Virus record (IMG/VR): IMGVR_UViG_3300026521_000161
Coordinates: 32,001 to 96,000 of that record
From: a virus
DNA length: 64,000 nucleotides
Direction: 5' to 3' (one strand)
Shown: piece by piece, positions 48,461 to 58,600 of the stretch
How positions within the stretch are numbered: position 1 is the stretch's first letter
How the letters are laid out: every line of letters begins with the position of its first letter
Position numbers and translations under genes: made by a program
Notes under the pieces: model-generated
Told to the model about the DNA's origin: nothing
The model's database searches: none
Seen by the model: the letters and a program-made list of their open reading frames with translations, nothing else

Positions 48461-50569
48461 TTACCATAATTCAGAATACGATACAGCTTTATTACCGCCA
48501 AATATACTATAAGCTGGCCCTATATCTAACATGTCACCAACTTTAGCACCTAAGTACTCAGGTGACGTTATTAGGTCGGCTGTTTCAAAAAGTCTAGACA
48601 TTTTTATCTTAGCTCTATTAAATACGTGTGTGGAGCTATAAAGATCTCTACCACATAAGGCCTGTATATATCTAGACAATGATGATTCATCATCAAACAT
48701 AGCTCCATTTATATCTAATAAGCCACTAGGCATAGGAGCCGATATAAGTTCACTAAAATCAGTAACTGTAAAACTTACCTCTATAGCTAAAGGTCTGCGT
48801 TGTTTATTGTAAGGTAGGTTACTAGTTCCTCTTGTTATACTAAGACTAGTTATCATACCTAACGATATTTGTTGCCTACCTCTCATGAACATACTACATA
48901 AGAAAGGGGATGTATGTGATCTTGGCCCAGTAGATAATGGTAACATACCAGCCATAATAGATGCTAATGGTATGTAAATATTACGCAGTTGTGCTACGGG
49001 ATGCGCGCTAGGACTTATTAAGGTCATTTTGAAATTTAGTGATGGAAAACTAACATCACTTTTACTCCATTTCTTCTGCACATCTACATTGGCACCAGAA
49101 AGTATACTACCTATAACATCACTAACGCCCATAGTAACACCACTAGTCGCACCTACTGCAAAATCAGTAACAGCATTAACAACACTACCTAACCCAGGTA
49201 TCCCGTCTAAACCTATATTAAACTTCATATTCCTATATGTAGATCCCATAGAATTAATAACGTTACCTGTAGCTATTTCATCAACGCTATTGCTAAACGA
49301 TTCAGTTGTTGAAGGCATGTGTTCTACTCTAAATACAGCATATCTAGCACCTTCGTTAAATACAGCTTTAGTTGTCTCCATCGCTTTATCTATATAACCC
49401 TTCTCATCTTGTTTTCTAGCTTCTCTTTTATAAGTACCGTCTTTATCAGCAGCAAATGCGTCTTTAAGTTCTTTACCACCTTCTTTAAGTTCTTTTAATA
49501 ATGCTGAGAATGTTACTTTGTTTTTAGGGTCATCTTTACTAAAACTTTTATCATTAGTAACTGGTCCCTTTATTTTATCCCATAGAGTTTCTTCTTCATC
49601 TTCTGTTATAGGGTCTAGCGGATCTAAAGCTCCAGTAGTTCTTATTAACATATCTAAAGTCTCTCTATCCATACTAGCAGCTGATATATTATCCAACGCC
49701 GTTAATTTAGCCTCATGCATCCTGTTGTATAACTTTTGTGATTTAGTAACCATAGCTTGTACGTTAATACCATTACCAGCAGTTATCAAACCAGGCATAA
49801 GTTTTTTAATAGCTTCCATATCAGCAGGGTCTACTTTCAATGGCGTTCCTACCTTCTTAGGATCATTACTATCGAACATAGGTGATAATAAACCTAACTC
49901 AGTGGCCATCATTGTTACTAGTGTATTAACACTACTCCAATATAAAAACATAGTACGTTTTAGATAATACTGATCAAATTTACCATTACTAGCAAGCATA
50001 GCTGAACCAACTGTAACAGCTAATTTACCTAATAATAAAATAGGTGCTATAATAGGGAAAGCTACTATAAGCGCTCCTGTACCAAATATCCAACCAACAT
50101 CATAGAAAAATGGTGATCTAGCACTATTAGCTATAACTGCTTTTTTATAATCAACTGCACCCATAACATACATTAATACATTATTAAATTCAGGCACACC
50201 AAATTCAAAAAACACATTACTACTATTATCATCAATAGCTTCTGAATAATATCTACCCATCCCATAATCAGAACTCATTAATCCAACCTTTACTTTAGGT
50301 CGATCGCCGTACATACCAGTACTTCTAACATCGGCATATCTAGTATACTGAGGCATACAGTTTATAGATATATTACCACCCATACTACTATCAGTAAATT
50401 TAACATCAGCAGTGGATGCGAATCTAAGATATTTATAGTCCATTTCTAATTCCATACCGCTAACCATAAATCTATCGGCTATCCATTCACCATCTGTAAA
50501 TGGTAGTTCATCATTTTGTATTATCTCTTCGTTAGGCTCGTCACTAAACAATCCATTTAATAGATCCAT
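48461..50569 (-). CDS. Baseplate/virion structural protein (phiKZ gp27-like)
   Basis: 'KFTDSSMGGN...N..PQYTRYAD', 'GMGRYYSEAIDD', 'FGVPEFN', 'SPFLC' and 'GMITSLSITRG..NL' motifs. Confidence 0.7.
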   Translation of the reverse strand: MDLLNGLFSDEPNEEIIQNDELPFTDGEWIADRFMVSGMELEMDYKYLRFASTADVKFTDSSMGGNISINCMPQYTRYADVRSTGMYGDRPKVKVGLMSSDYGMGRYYSEAIDDNSSNVFFEFGVPEFNNVLMYVMGAVDYKKAVIANSARSPFFYDVGWIFGTGALIVAFPIIAPILLLGKLAVTVGSAMLASNGKFDQYYLKRTMFLYWSSVNTLVTMMATELGLLSPMFDSNDPKKVGTPLKVDPADMEAIKKLMPGLITAGNGINVQAMVTKSQKLYNRMHEAKLTALDNISAASMDRETLDMLIRTTGALDPLDPITEDEEETLWDKIKGPVTNDKSFSKDDPKNKVTFSALLKELKEGGKELKDAFAADKDGTYKREARKQDEKGYIDKAMETTKAVFNEGARYAVFRVEHMPSTTESFSNSVDEIATGNVINSMGSTYRNMKFNIGLDGIPGLGSVVNAVTDFAVGATSGVTMGVSDVIGSILSGANVDVQKKWSKSDVSFPSLNFKMTLISPSAHPVAQLRNIYIPLASIMAGMLPLSTGPRSHTSPFLCSMFMRGRQQISLGMITSLSITRGTSNLPYNKQRRPLAIEVSFTVTDFSELISAPMPSGLLDINGAMFDDESSLSRYIQALCGRDLYSSTHVFNRAKIKMSRLFETADLITSPEYLGAKVGDMLDIGPAYSIFGGNKAVSYSELW

Positions 50570-50597
50570 ACTTACTCCTTATAAAAAAGAAAAACTG

Positions 50598-50623
50598 TGT
50601 AGAACTACTTAAGTAGTTCTACA
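50598..50623 (-). terminator. Intrinsic terminator
   Basis: Perfect 26-nt palindrome overlapping a stop codon, plus a U-run. Confidence 0.6.
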
Positions 50624-51009
50624 TCAGAATATCCCATAGCTTTTAATGTATTAACAATAATAGCTGTATCGTCACTATTTATATTCTTAATTCTTATATC
50701 AAGATCTATACTAGTAACAGAGACAACGGTATCTAAAACTACCCAATCCTCAGCAAGAACTAGTTCATTACCATATTTATCCTCGAACATGATGTATTTA
50801 GCATCAGCAGCAGGTATTAGGTTAACACCTGTTTCGAATATTAGTTGTTCTCTTACAGTAACTACATCGTTAAACACTCCGCTATATTTAATAGCTTGCC
50901 GCATTCCTCCAAAACCAACTACTTTAAGATCTCTATACTCTGGTTTTAATATAGAAGTACTTATCGTGTTGAAGTTATATGTTCCAAATAAATCAAATAC
51001 CATGCTCAT
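50605..51009 (-). CDS. Small jumbo-phage protein
   Basis: 134 aa with AAGGA RBS. Confidence 0.6.
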   Translation of the reverse strand: MSMVFDLFGTYNFNTISTSILKPEYRDLKVVGFGGMRQAIKYSGVFNDVVTVREQLIFETGVNLIPAADAKYIMFEDKYGNELVLAEDWVVLDTVVSVTSIDLDIRIKNINSDDTAIIVNTLKAMGYSDVELLK

Positions 51010-51013
51010 CCTT

Positions 51014-51496
51014 TTATTTCTTTACTACTAATATATAAATACAATTACCATTAAGTAGGTCATCACTAAAAATAATTTTTTCTATATGTAGACCTATTAT
51101 CTTTTTTAAAGGTACATCATTATTAAGAAGTCTAGTTCTTAGTTTATCTATAAAATCTAAACATATTTCGGTAGACCTCTTAAATAACATATAGATTTCG
51201 TCAGATACTGATTCATCATCTATATTATAGTAATCTTTAAACAAAGAATTAATCGTATTTATATACATCTCAGTTACTTCTTCGTAATCAACAGAATCAC
51301 CTGTTAGTTCCGATATAAGAACATTATCGAATAATGAATATATAAATATACCTAGAACTTCCATATAGTCTTCATCATTTACATCAAAACCTTTTTTATT
51401 AAGATATAATAACAAATCACCTATATTAACACTACCTCGATATTTATATTCATCGACACTACTATTTACTTTAACTAAGTTTAACACTACTCCCAT
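51014..51496 (-). CDS. Hypothetical acidic protein
   Basis: 160-aa ORF in an operon. Confidence 0.55.
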   Translation of the reverse strand: MGVVLNLVKVNSSVDEYKYRGSVNIGDLLLYLNKKGFDVNDEDYMEVLGIFIYSLFDNVLISELTGDSVDYEEVTEMYINTINSLFKDYYNIDDESVSDEIYMLFKRSTEICLDFIDKLRTRLLNNDVPLKKIIGLHIEKIIFSDDLLNGNCIYILVVKK

Positions 51497-51900
51497 ACCA
51501 CATCAACCTTTAAGATTATTTTAAAATCAGTTATAACAATATCATAATTTTCATAATAACCAACAACATCCTTCTCTTTCAATAGCTCGCGTATAGGCTC
51601 ATAAGCTTCTTTTATAAGTATGGAATTATTTAAAAACCTTATATAATCAGATAGTTCTATTAAATCACTGTAATCTAGATTATTATGGTTATCTAAGATG
51701 TTAGTATTTATATAGTTACTTACATCTTCTTTATATTCCAATGGTAAACTATGGTCCATATATTGGTCTAAAATATTTAACAGAATATCTACAAGCAGAT
51801 GATCTGCTTGTAGATAGACTAGTTTTAATTCTAATTTACTAAGTATATTTTGTAATAAATCTAACTTAATATCTTTAAGATCGAACTCTATTAATAACAT
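51487..51900 (-). CDS. Hypothetical protein
   Basis: 137 aa, AGGAGG RBS. Confidence 0.6.
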   Translation of the reverse strand: MLLIEFDLKDIKLDLLQNILSKLELKLVYLQADHLLVDILLNILDQYMDHSLPLEYKEDVSNYINTNILDNHNNLDYSDLIELSDYIRFLNNSILIKEAYEPIRELLKEKDVVGYYENYDIVITDFKIILKVDVVWE

Positions 51901-51929
51901 TACGTACCTCCTATTTTAATAATATATAA

Positions 51930-52247
51930 CTAATCAGTATTGTAAACTATAGTTACTATAAGTCTACCGTTTATAAATATGGTATCTTTAACCGATATAG
52001 AGTTTATAAATGTCTGATTACTAACAGGCGCTACTTTATAAAGGAATGTCATAAAGTACGTTACGAAATGAAATAAATGACTACTATCAAATACTCCGTT
52101 ATAACTATTAAAAAAAACTTCTAATGGTTTTTTAGTATTAGGTATAGAGAAGTTGTTTATTATCAACCTCTCTATATCCTCACCTATAACTATCTTACCG
52201 AACATAGCCCGCATCGGTGTTATGTCTACTTTCTTTATCATTTCCAT
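51930..52247 (-). CDS. Hypothetical protein
   Basis: 105-aa ORF. Confidence 0.5.
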   Translation of the reverse strand: MEMIKKVDITPMRAMFGKIVIGEDIERLIINNFSIPNTKKPLEVFFNSYNGVFDSSHLFHFVTYFMTFLYKVAPVSNQTFINSISVKDTIFINGRLIVTIVYNTD

Positions 52248-52248
52248 T

Positions 52249-52821
52249 TTAAAACCTTAGTATAGATATAACACTGTCGTTTATAGATTTATACATAATG
52301 CACTCATCTATAGACACATAATCATGATGTATGTACGTGAAGAAATCACTTATGTCTATTATATCGGGATCAAGAGTTTTTATCTCTTCTATAAAGTTAT
52401 CAACTATCTTCATAAGCTCATCCTCTATGACCAATATAGAACTATCATCATCTAGGTCTAATAATGTTTCCATTTTAGAATTATTCATACTTGTAGTTAT
52501 CCATAACATAACTGAACTCGTAAACGCATCTTTGAAGTTAGCATTAGCATGTATCGGTAATCCAGTAGATAAGAACGTTTTACATACACCCCTATGGCCA
52601 GCTGCGTAAAGGAGATCCTTACAAGCTTTAATATCGCTACTGTTTATCCTATCCTCTAAATCTTTAACAAATAACTTATCCAAAACACTATCTAAACCAG
52701 CGAAGTCTATTTTTATATTATAGATTATCTTCGGTATAAGTGTTTTTTCTTTTAATGCCTTTGTTATAGCATATTCCAAATTATACATCATATCCATCTC
52801 TTCCATCATCACCTTCTTCAC
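52249..52821 (-). CDS. Hypothetical protein
   Basis: 190-aa ORF. Confidence 0.55.
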   Translation of the reverse strand: MKKVMMEEMDMMYNLEYAITKALKEKTLIPKIIYNIKIDFAGLDSVLDKLFVKDLEDRINSSDIKACKDLLYAAGHRGVCKTFLSTGLPIHANANFKDAFTSSVMLWITTSMNNSKMETLLDLDDDSSILVIEDELMKIVDNFIEEIKTLDPDIIDISDFFTYIHHDYVSIDECIMYKSINDSVISILRF

Positions 52822-53539
52822 TTAACATTCCGCAGTTTATTTTATATCTCCTAGCTGCTGGAGATTCGAACTCAGTTATCTTTATAACATTAGATTCAAA
52901 TGTAAGTGAAACAGAACATAAGTTATAAGAATCCAAAACTTTATATATATCATTTAGTATAACAGTATATATACCTGATAGTTCATTAACTAACTCATCA
53001 TCCATATCTGGATATTGATGTATAAGGAAATCACTAAATAAAGGATAATCTAAAGCTAACCTGCTACATAACGAAACATGTTTACTTATACCTAAAGGAT
53101 CGTCATTAACAATATTTGCTTCATTATGATCAACACACATTATATATGATTCTATATGATCTAGTATGTGGGTTAATATATGACTACTATTAGCTGTTTC
53201 TTTTATGAAACTAAAACCCATTTTAAACTCTTTATAGTCTATAACATTTTTATAGCCATTAATGTAAGCTATGATGATCTTATGAGTTTTAAGATATCTT
53301 AGAACATCATCTTTATTATCAAATCCTGCTAAAGGTATATTATCCTTATTATAGAGTTCCTTATCTAGATGCATATACAACTCATTATTAAAATAAAGAG
53401 ACGGTCCGTAAAGAAAGGATAAAAATTTATTATTTATATCCAAGAACTTCTCATTTATTTTATGTATTTTTATACCAGATATAACTTCCATAGTTTTATC
53501 TATAACCGTACCATCACTCTCCATTACAACATCCCTCAT
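52781..53539 (-). CDS. Hypothetical protein
   Basis: 252 aa, AAGGAG RBS. Confidence 0.6.
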   Translation of the reverse strand: MRDVVMESDGTVIDKTMEVISGIKIHKINEKFLDINNKFLSFLYGPSLYFNNELYMHLDKELYNKDNIPLAGFDNKDDVLRYLKTHKIIIAYINGYKNVIDYKEFKMGFSFIKETANSSHILTHILDHIESYIMCVDHNEANIVNDDPLGISKHVSLCSRLALDYPLFSDFLIHQYPDMDDELVNELSGIYTVILNDIYKVLDSYNLCSVSLTFESNVIKITEFESPAARRYKINCGMLSEEGDDGRDGYDV

Positions 53540-53595
53540 TCATACTCCTTATTAAACCATCATTAAACTGTCTATACAGTAAAAAAAGTAAAAAT

Positions 53596-53621
53596 AGGTA
53601 TCTACCCTAGGGTAGATACCT
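53596..53621 (-). terminator. Intrinsic terminator after phuZ
   Basis: Perfect palindrome AGGTATCTACCCTAGGGTAGATACCT plus a U-run. Confidence 0.7.
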
Positions 53622-53640
53622 TTAATGGTTTTTAGAGCGT

Positions 53641-54663
53641 TTATAATGCCATACCGAATTCATCTAGCTCCGCATCATCAAGAGCATCGAATGAATCGTA
53701 CTTAGCATTTTTGATAGCTTCGATTCTTTCTAGTTCCTCTTTAAGATAAGCCACTTCGGCATTAAGAACACCTCTACGTTGCGTTAAGAATAACGGATAC
53801 GTACCGAATCTATCATAATTCGTAGTGATAGTACCAGTTTTACTTTGTTGTGGAGTGATAGTCATATTGATATCTTTAGTATCCTCACTGATGATAGTTC
53901 TAACTAAGATCACTGACTCATCCACCAACTCACCAACAGCAACACCTAAGCTATAAATACCGGGAGCTGTTCTAAAAGATTGATACTTATCAGGTCTAAA
54001 AAAGTTGATCATATCCTGATGATCTATGTTCTGAATAGAACCTGAGATGAACATGCTTATAACAGATAACATTTTAAAAATCTTTTCATTAACCTCTGCT
54101 TCTGTTTTAGGACTTGTAACACCACCTATAGTATTACTATAGTAAATATTACTAACAGCTTTTTTAGATTTAAGAGCAACACCCTGGATAGATGTTATGG
54201 TGTTGATTGTATTGTTTAATGCTAAGTAACTACTACTATCACCAACAGTAACAGTTATAACAGTATAGTCTTGTTCTAACATAGCTTTAAGCAATAGAAC
54301 ACCAGCACTAGAACCTGTACCACCAGAACCACTAGATACGATAACATAGTAATCATTTAGATTCTTACTAACACCATTATCTAAGAACTCTCTAACGGAC
54401 TTATTCATGTGTGCTATGTTCTCTTTTGACTTTCTTTCACCACCTGTACCATCTAATCCTTTACTACTAGCTGAACTAGAAGTGATTTTAAAGAATCTAT
54501 CTTCGTACTCAGGATAAGCTTGGATAGTCTTTTCTGTACTATCTATGAATGAACATGTCACATCACTGAACCCTTCACCAAGTTCTTTTAATCTAGGATA
54601 TATAGAAGCTACTACATTAGTCCCACACCCACCTACTGCTATCAAATTTAATTTACCAGTCAT
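53641..54663 (-). CDS. phuZ: PhuZ tubulin-like spindle protein
   Basis: 'AVGGCGTN', tubulin signature 'SGSGGTGS', T7 loop 'NIDHQD', and acidic C-terminal tail 'ELDEFGMAL'. Confidence 0.92.
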   Translation of the reverse strand: MTGKLNLIAVGGCGTNVVASIYPRLKELGEGFSDVTCSFIDSTEKTIQAYPEYEDRFFKITSSSASSKGLDGTGGERKSKENIAHMNKSVREFLDNGVSKNLNDYYVIVSSGSGGTGSSAGVLLLKAMLEQDYTVITVTVGDSSSYLALNNTINTITSIQGVALKSKKAVSNIYYSNTIGGVTSPKTEAEVNEKIFKMLSVISMFISGSIQNIDHQDMINFFRPDKYQSFRTAPGIYSLGVAVGELVDESVILVRTIISEDTKDINMTITPQQSKTGTITTNYDRFGTYPLFLTQRRGVLNAEVAYLKEELERIEAIKNAKYDSFDALDDAELDEFGMAL

Positions 54664-54690
54664 AATGACTCCTTCTTTTTTAATTTATAT

Positions 54691-54720
54691 TTAGTATTTA
54701 CATACTGTATTAATATTATA
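54691..54720 (-). promoter_or_regulatory. Early-type promoter plus 5' hairpin upstream of phuZ
   Basis: Minus strand TATAATATTAATACAGTATGTAAATACTAA. Confidence 0.55.
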
Positions 54721-54745
54721 TAGATGTAACGTTTTTAAACTAAGA

Positions 54746-55582
54746 CTAAGCTTGTCCGAATAAACCTTTTATAACTTTCTTTTGTAAATCACTATCTTTT
54801 TCTCTTTTAATAATATCCCCTAATAACTTAGCTTCAGCTAACGTGTTTACACCTATTAGGTTTATACCATTTCTTATAAGCGTAACTCTAGTAGTTATAT
54901 CATTACTCTTACTAGCGACTTCTAACTCTTTTAGCAAACTAGATATTTTCATCTCTTTAGCTACATTAATACTAACTTCAGCATACATATCACCTATAGA
55001 CTGTAAGTCTTTAAACCCTTTAAAAGTATTAGGATTGGATAGGTTGTTTTTTATAAAGCCTATTTCAAATGTTAATACATCATCTAGACTATTACCTTTC
55101 TTTAATGTTTCAACGATACCTTTATCGCTTAATAATATAGGGTACGCTATACCTTCATGTTCCACTCTTATAGGAGCTCTTGTTTTATCATTAAAGACTG
55201 CTGTTATACCAACACCATTGACTCTAACAGAACTATGATCTATTTCAGAAGTTATAAGAGGAGTTTTTTTAGATATCATAAGCATACCAGGTATACTGTT
55301 AACATTAAACTTGTAAGCTTCATAATCTTTACCTTTATTGTTATTAAGAACTTTTCTTAATTTGTCTAAGTTAGCTTTTATAGCTTTCATTATTTTATCT
55401 AATACAGATTTAGTAGCACCATCTTTTTTAACTATAGATTCGTATAGATCATAAAGATGTTTGTTTACTTTATCAACTTCTTTGTTAGAGCTATCTAGTA
55501 TAGCATCAAATTGTTTATGGAACTGTTCTGTTATATCATCTAGTTCTTTCCCGGTAGTAACCTTCTCTAGTTTAATACCCAT
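54746..55582 (-). CDS. Hypothetical protein
   Basis: 278 aa, AAGGA RBS. Confidence 0.6.
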   Translation of the reverse strand: MGIKLEKVTTGKELDDITEQFHKQFDAILDSSNKEVDKVNKHLYDLYESIVKKDGATKSVLDKIMKAIKANLDKLRKVLNNNKGKDYEAYKFNVNSIPGMLMISKKTPLITSEIDHSSVRVNGVGITAVFNDKTRAPIRVEHEGIAYPILLSDKGIVETLKKGNSLDDVLTFEIGFIKNNLSNPNTFKGFKDLQSIGDMYAEVSINVAKEMKISSLLKELEVASKSNDITTRVTLIRNGINLIGVNTLAEAKLLGDIIKREKDSDLQKKVIKGLFGQA

Positions 55583-55621
55583 GTATCATCCTTTATTTTT
55601 ATATCAAAAAATAACAAGTAT

Positions 55622-55649
55622 ACTGTATGTAGCTATTGCTACATACAGT
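55622..55649 (-). terminator. Terminator after the polyprotein gene
   Basis: ACTGTATGTAGC-TATT-GCTACATACAGT. Confidence 0.6.
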
Positions 55650-55650
55650 G

Positions 55651-58600
55651 TTATTTTTTAACTAAATATTTTTTATACTTATTTAAATCTATAAGTGTGT
55701 CTACTCTTAAACCTAATGAGATATCATTAACTATAGGATCAAACATTATTATCTTACCTTTATTATTAACGCCCCAATTACCGCTATGTAAGTCTAATCT
55801 AACTCGACCTTTAACATGTTCATCTTTTAAAACATCTTTAATAAGGTCTAATTGTTCAAATATCTCTTTAGGTATCTTAACTTCATTACTGCTCTTTAAT
55901 TTATTCTTTAGGATATCTATAACTTCATTTATATCTATTTCACCATATTCTTTTAGAACCTCTTCTAACTCATCATATACTTTATGTATAACATCAACCT
56001 TCTTATCATCTTTAAAAGACTCTAAGTAATCCATCTCTACTACATATAGAGCTTTTTTATATTTACCGATAAGCACAACGTCTATGCCGTAAACGTTTAT
56101 TAAAGGGTTTCTTAGTATCCATAAAACTTTATCAGAATCTATAGTAACAGTAACGACTGTTTTATCACTAGGTTCATCGTCACTATCTATTTCAAAAATA
56201 CTAAAACCTGTATAACCTTCTCTTATAGTAACTGGTACAGGAGTTTTTAAAAGATACTTATGATTTATATCTTCTATTTTAACTCCATATTTAAGAAGTT
56301 TCTCATTAAGTTTATCTAAATCTTTAGAATTCAATAACTCAGTAACACGTTTACTCCATAGATCGAACTCTTTATAATAAATAGTATTAGCTGGTTCTTC
56401 TATAAGATTATGGTCAGACATAGCCTCATTGCCATTAGCTAGTTCGTTATACATAAGTTTATGGTAGAACATATCGTTATTTATTAATTTATCTAAATTA
56501 TCCACTATCCTAGCATCTAATGTTATATCTTTACCAGCATTGCCATTAGGATTAAACATAGATAATAATAAACTACCATAACCCATATCCTCTATTTCTT
56601 TCTTAGTTTTCTTAACTTCTGTTATAGTATTTAATATCTCTTTAACTTCTTCTTTACTTAAATCACTCTCTCTTAGAACTTTTATAAGGGATCTAACTAC
56701 AGAATCAAATCTTTCTGGTAGTTTCTCATATGGAAAATATTTACCAGCTATTAGTCTATAAATAGAAGATAAAGCGTAAGCTAGGAATATGAATTTAAGG
56801 TTAAGCATTAACACCTTACCAAATAAGCTTAACCTACCACTAAACGCCAACATGGTAGCTATCGATAATGATATATACGTTATTAATGGTAGCATTATGA
56901 AAGCTTTGTTGTGTATCTTAAATGTAATTAATCTATCTAACCCACTGACTAACTCTTTACCCATACCCATTCTAGTAGAAAAATCATCAGCAACGATTTC
57001 ACTATCAGTCATAAATGACTTAACACTACCTATCCTATTATCTTTAGTAGCTACATCTGTTAATAGATGCATGCCGAAACTAGGATCAAAGACTCTTATA
57101 GCACTGGTGATAGTTAGTAATCCATTAGCTAACATTTGTTTAAATATTCCAATACTCCATCCATGTAACGTTAGCATCTCTTCAGCATCTTTTTTATATT
57201 CTGATTTATACTCTATAACATGTTTCTCTTTAGACTTCTCTCTGTTAACAAATGAATCTAATAGCTGCGTATTACTAACCACTAATCTTTTCATAGATTC
57301 TATATACGTAAACAGATGTCCTATTTCATGTAAGTAAATAGCGGTCATCTCCTCTGGAGTTAAGTCCAATCCAGTTATAGTAGTACCGAACATATCCCTA
57401 CCATATTCTATAAAAACTATACTTTTATGTTTATCTTTCTTCATACCGTGGATATATGCTTTCTCTAAATCAACGACAAAGTTATTACCGTTCTTAAAGT
57501 CTTTCAGTATTTCTCTATTGTTGTGTATATAAAGTAAGTAACCTTTTATATTAAAAGTTGATTTACTATAGTATTTTCTCCAATCGGATATACCTTTTTG
57601 GTCTATAACGTTAAAAGGAACACAAGCCCAACCATGACCAAAGCCGACAGCAGGTAATGCCATGATACTTAAACCAAATCTTTTATATGTTATCTCTTCT
57701 AACTCTTCCGATATAGACATAAATGTAGCTACGTTTCTAATTATAGAATTATCTTTGACCTTAGCGAAGAATGATATTAATTCATTAACGACAGGATCCT
57801 TTTTACCCATATAGTTTATAGACTCTAATCCAACACTAAATCTAGCTTCTTGTATGTATAGCTTAGTGTTTTCTAGTTCATTAAGTTTGCTAGCTAGTTC
57901 ATCTTCTGTATTCAGGTTACCTACTAAATATTCAGACATAAGCCCTATAAGAACTTTACCGTGCGCTGAGTTATCTATATCCTCTAAATCTTTTTCTACC
58001 TGTTCGTATTGGGCTAATAATAATTTCTTATCTTTTTTATTCATATCCGTTAATCTTAAAACTTCTACCATAGATGTTTTAATATGTTCGACACGTTGTT
58101 TAAGACTACCGTGCTCGTCATTGATAGGGTTTCGTTTATTATGCATATATAGTAATTTACTTATACTGTTAATAGTTAATGCTATTTCTAACGCGATAGC
58201 CGCCATTATAACGATACCACCAGGTAATAACAATGATAACAACAAGGCTCTAACGGCCATACCTAATATAGACATAAGTACAATGACAGCACTAGCGTTA
58301 CTAAAAGATAACTGGTTAACCTTATTAAGTTTAACTAATGCTCTACTTAACTCTTCCCCGTACCCAAATTTAACAGTGAAATTATCTGCTTCTATCTCTG
58401 GATTGGTTTCTCCTGTACCATGACCACCTAATGGTATAGACATAAGGTCCTTTTTAACTTTTTCATATATCATGCTTAGCCCATTTGTTTCAGAGCTTGG
58501 GTTTTTACTTATACCTAATTCAGAGGTAGTTTCTGTTAATGGTTTATTACGTAAGAAATTACTTAATAATATGGATGTAGTTACGGCTGATCTACTATAC

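Noticed and set aside
47200-48501. 433-aa minus-strand ORF antisense to 47273-48430
   Set aside because: No RBS, it starts inside the upstream gene and crosses a terminator. Its F/L/S-rich composition mirrors the Lys-rich + strand gene, which has the RBS.
2601-58423. Many short antisense ORFs in the track (e.g. 2601-3110, 40249-40827, 45488-46159, 56789-57337, 57854-58423)
   Set aside because: They are shadow frames of long genes, lack RBSs, and have Ser/Leu/Ile-biased composition.
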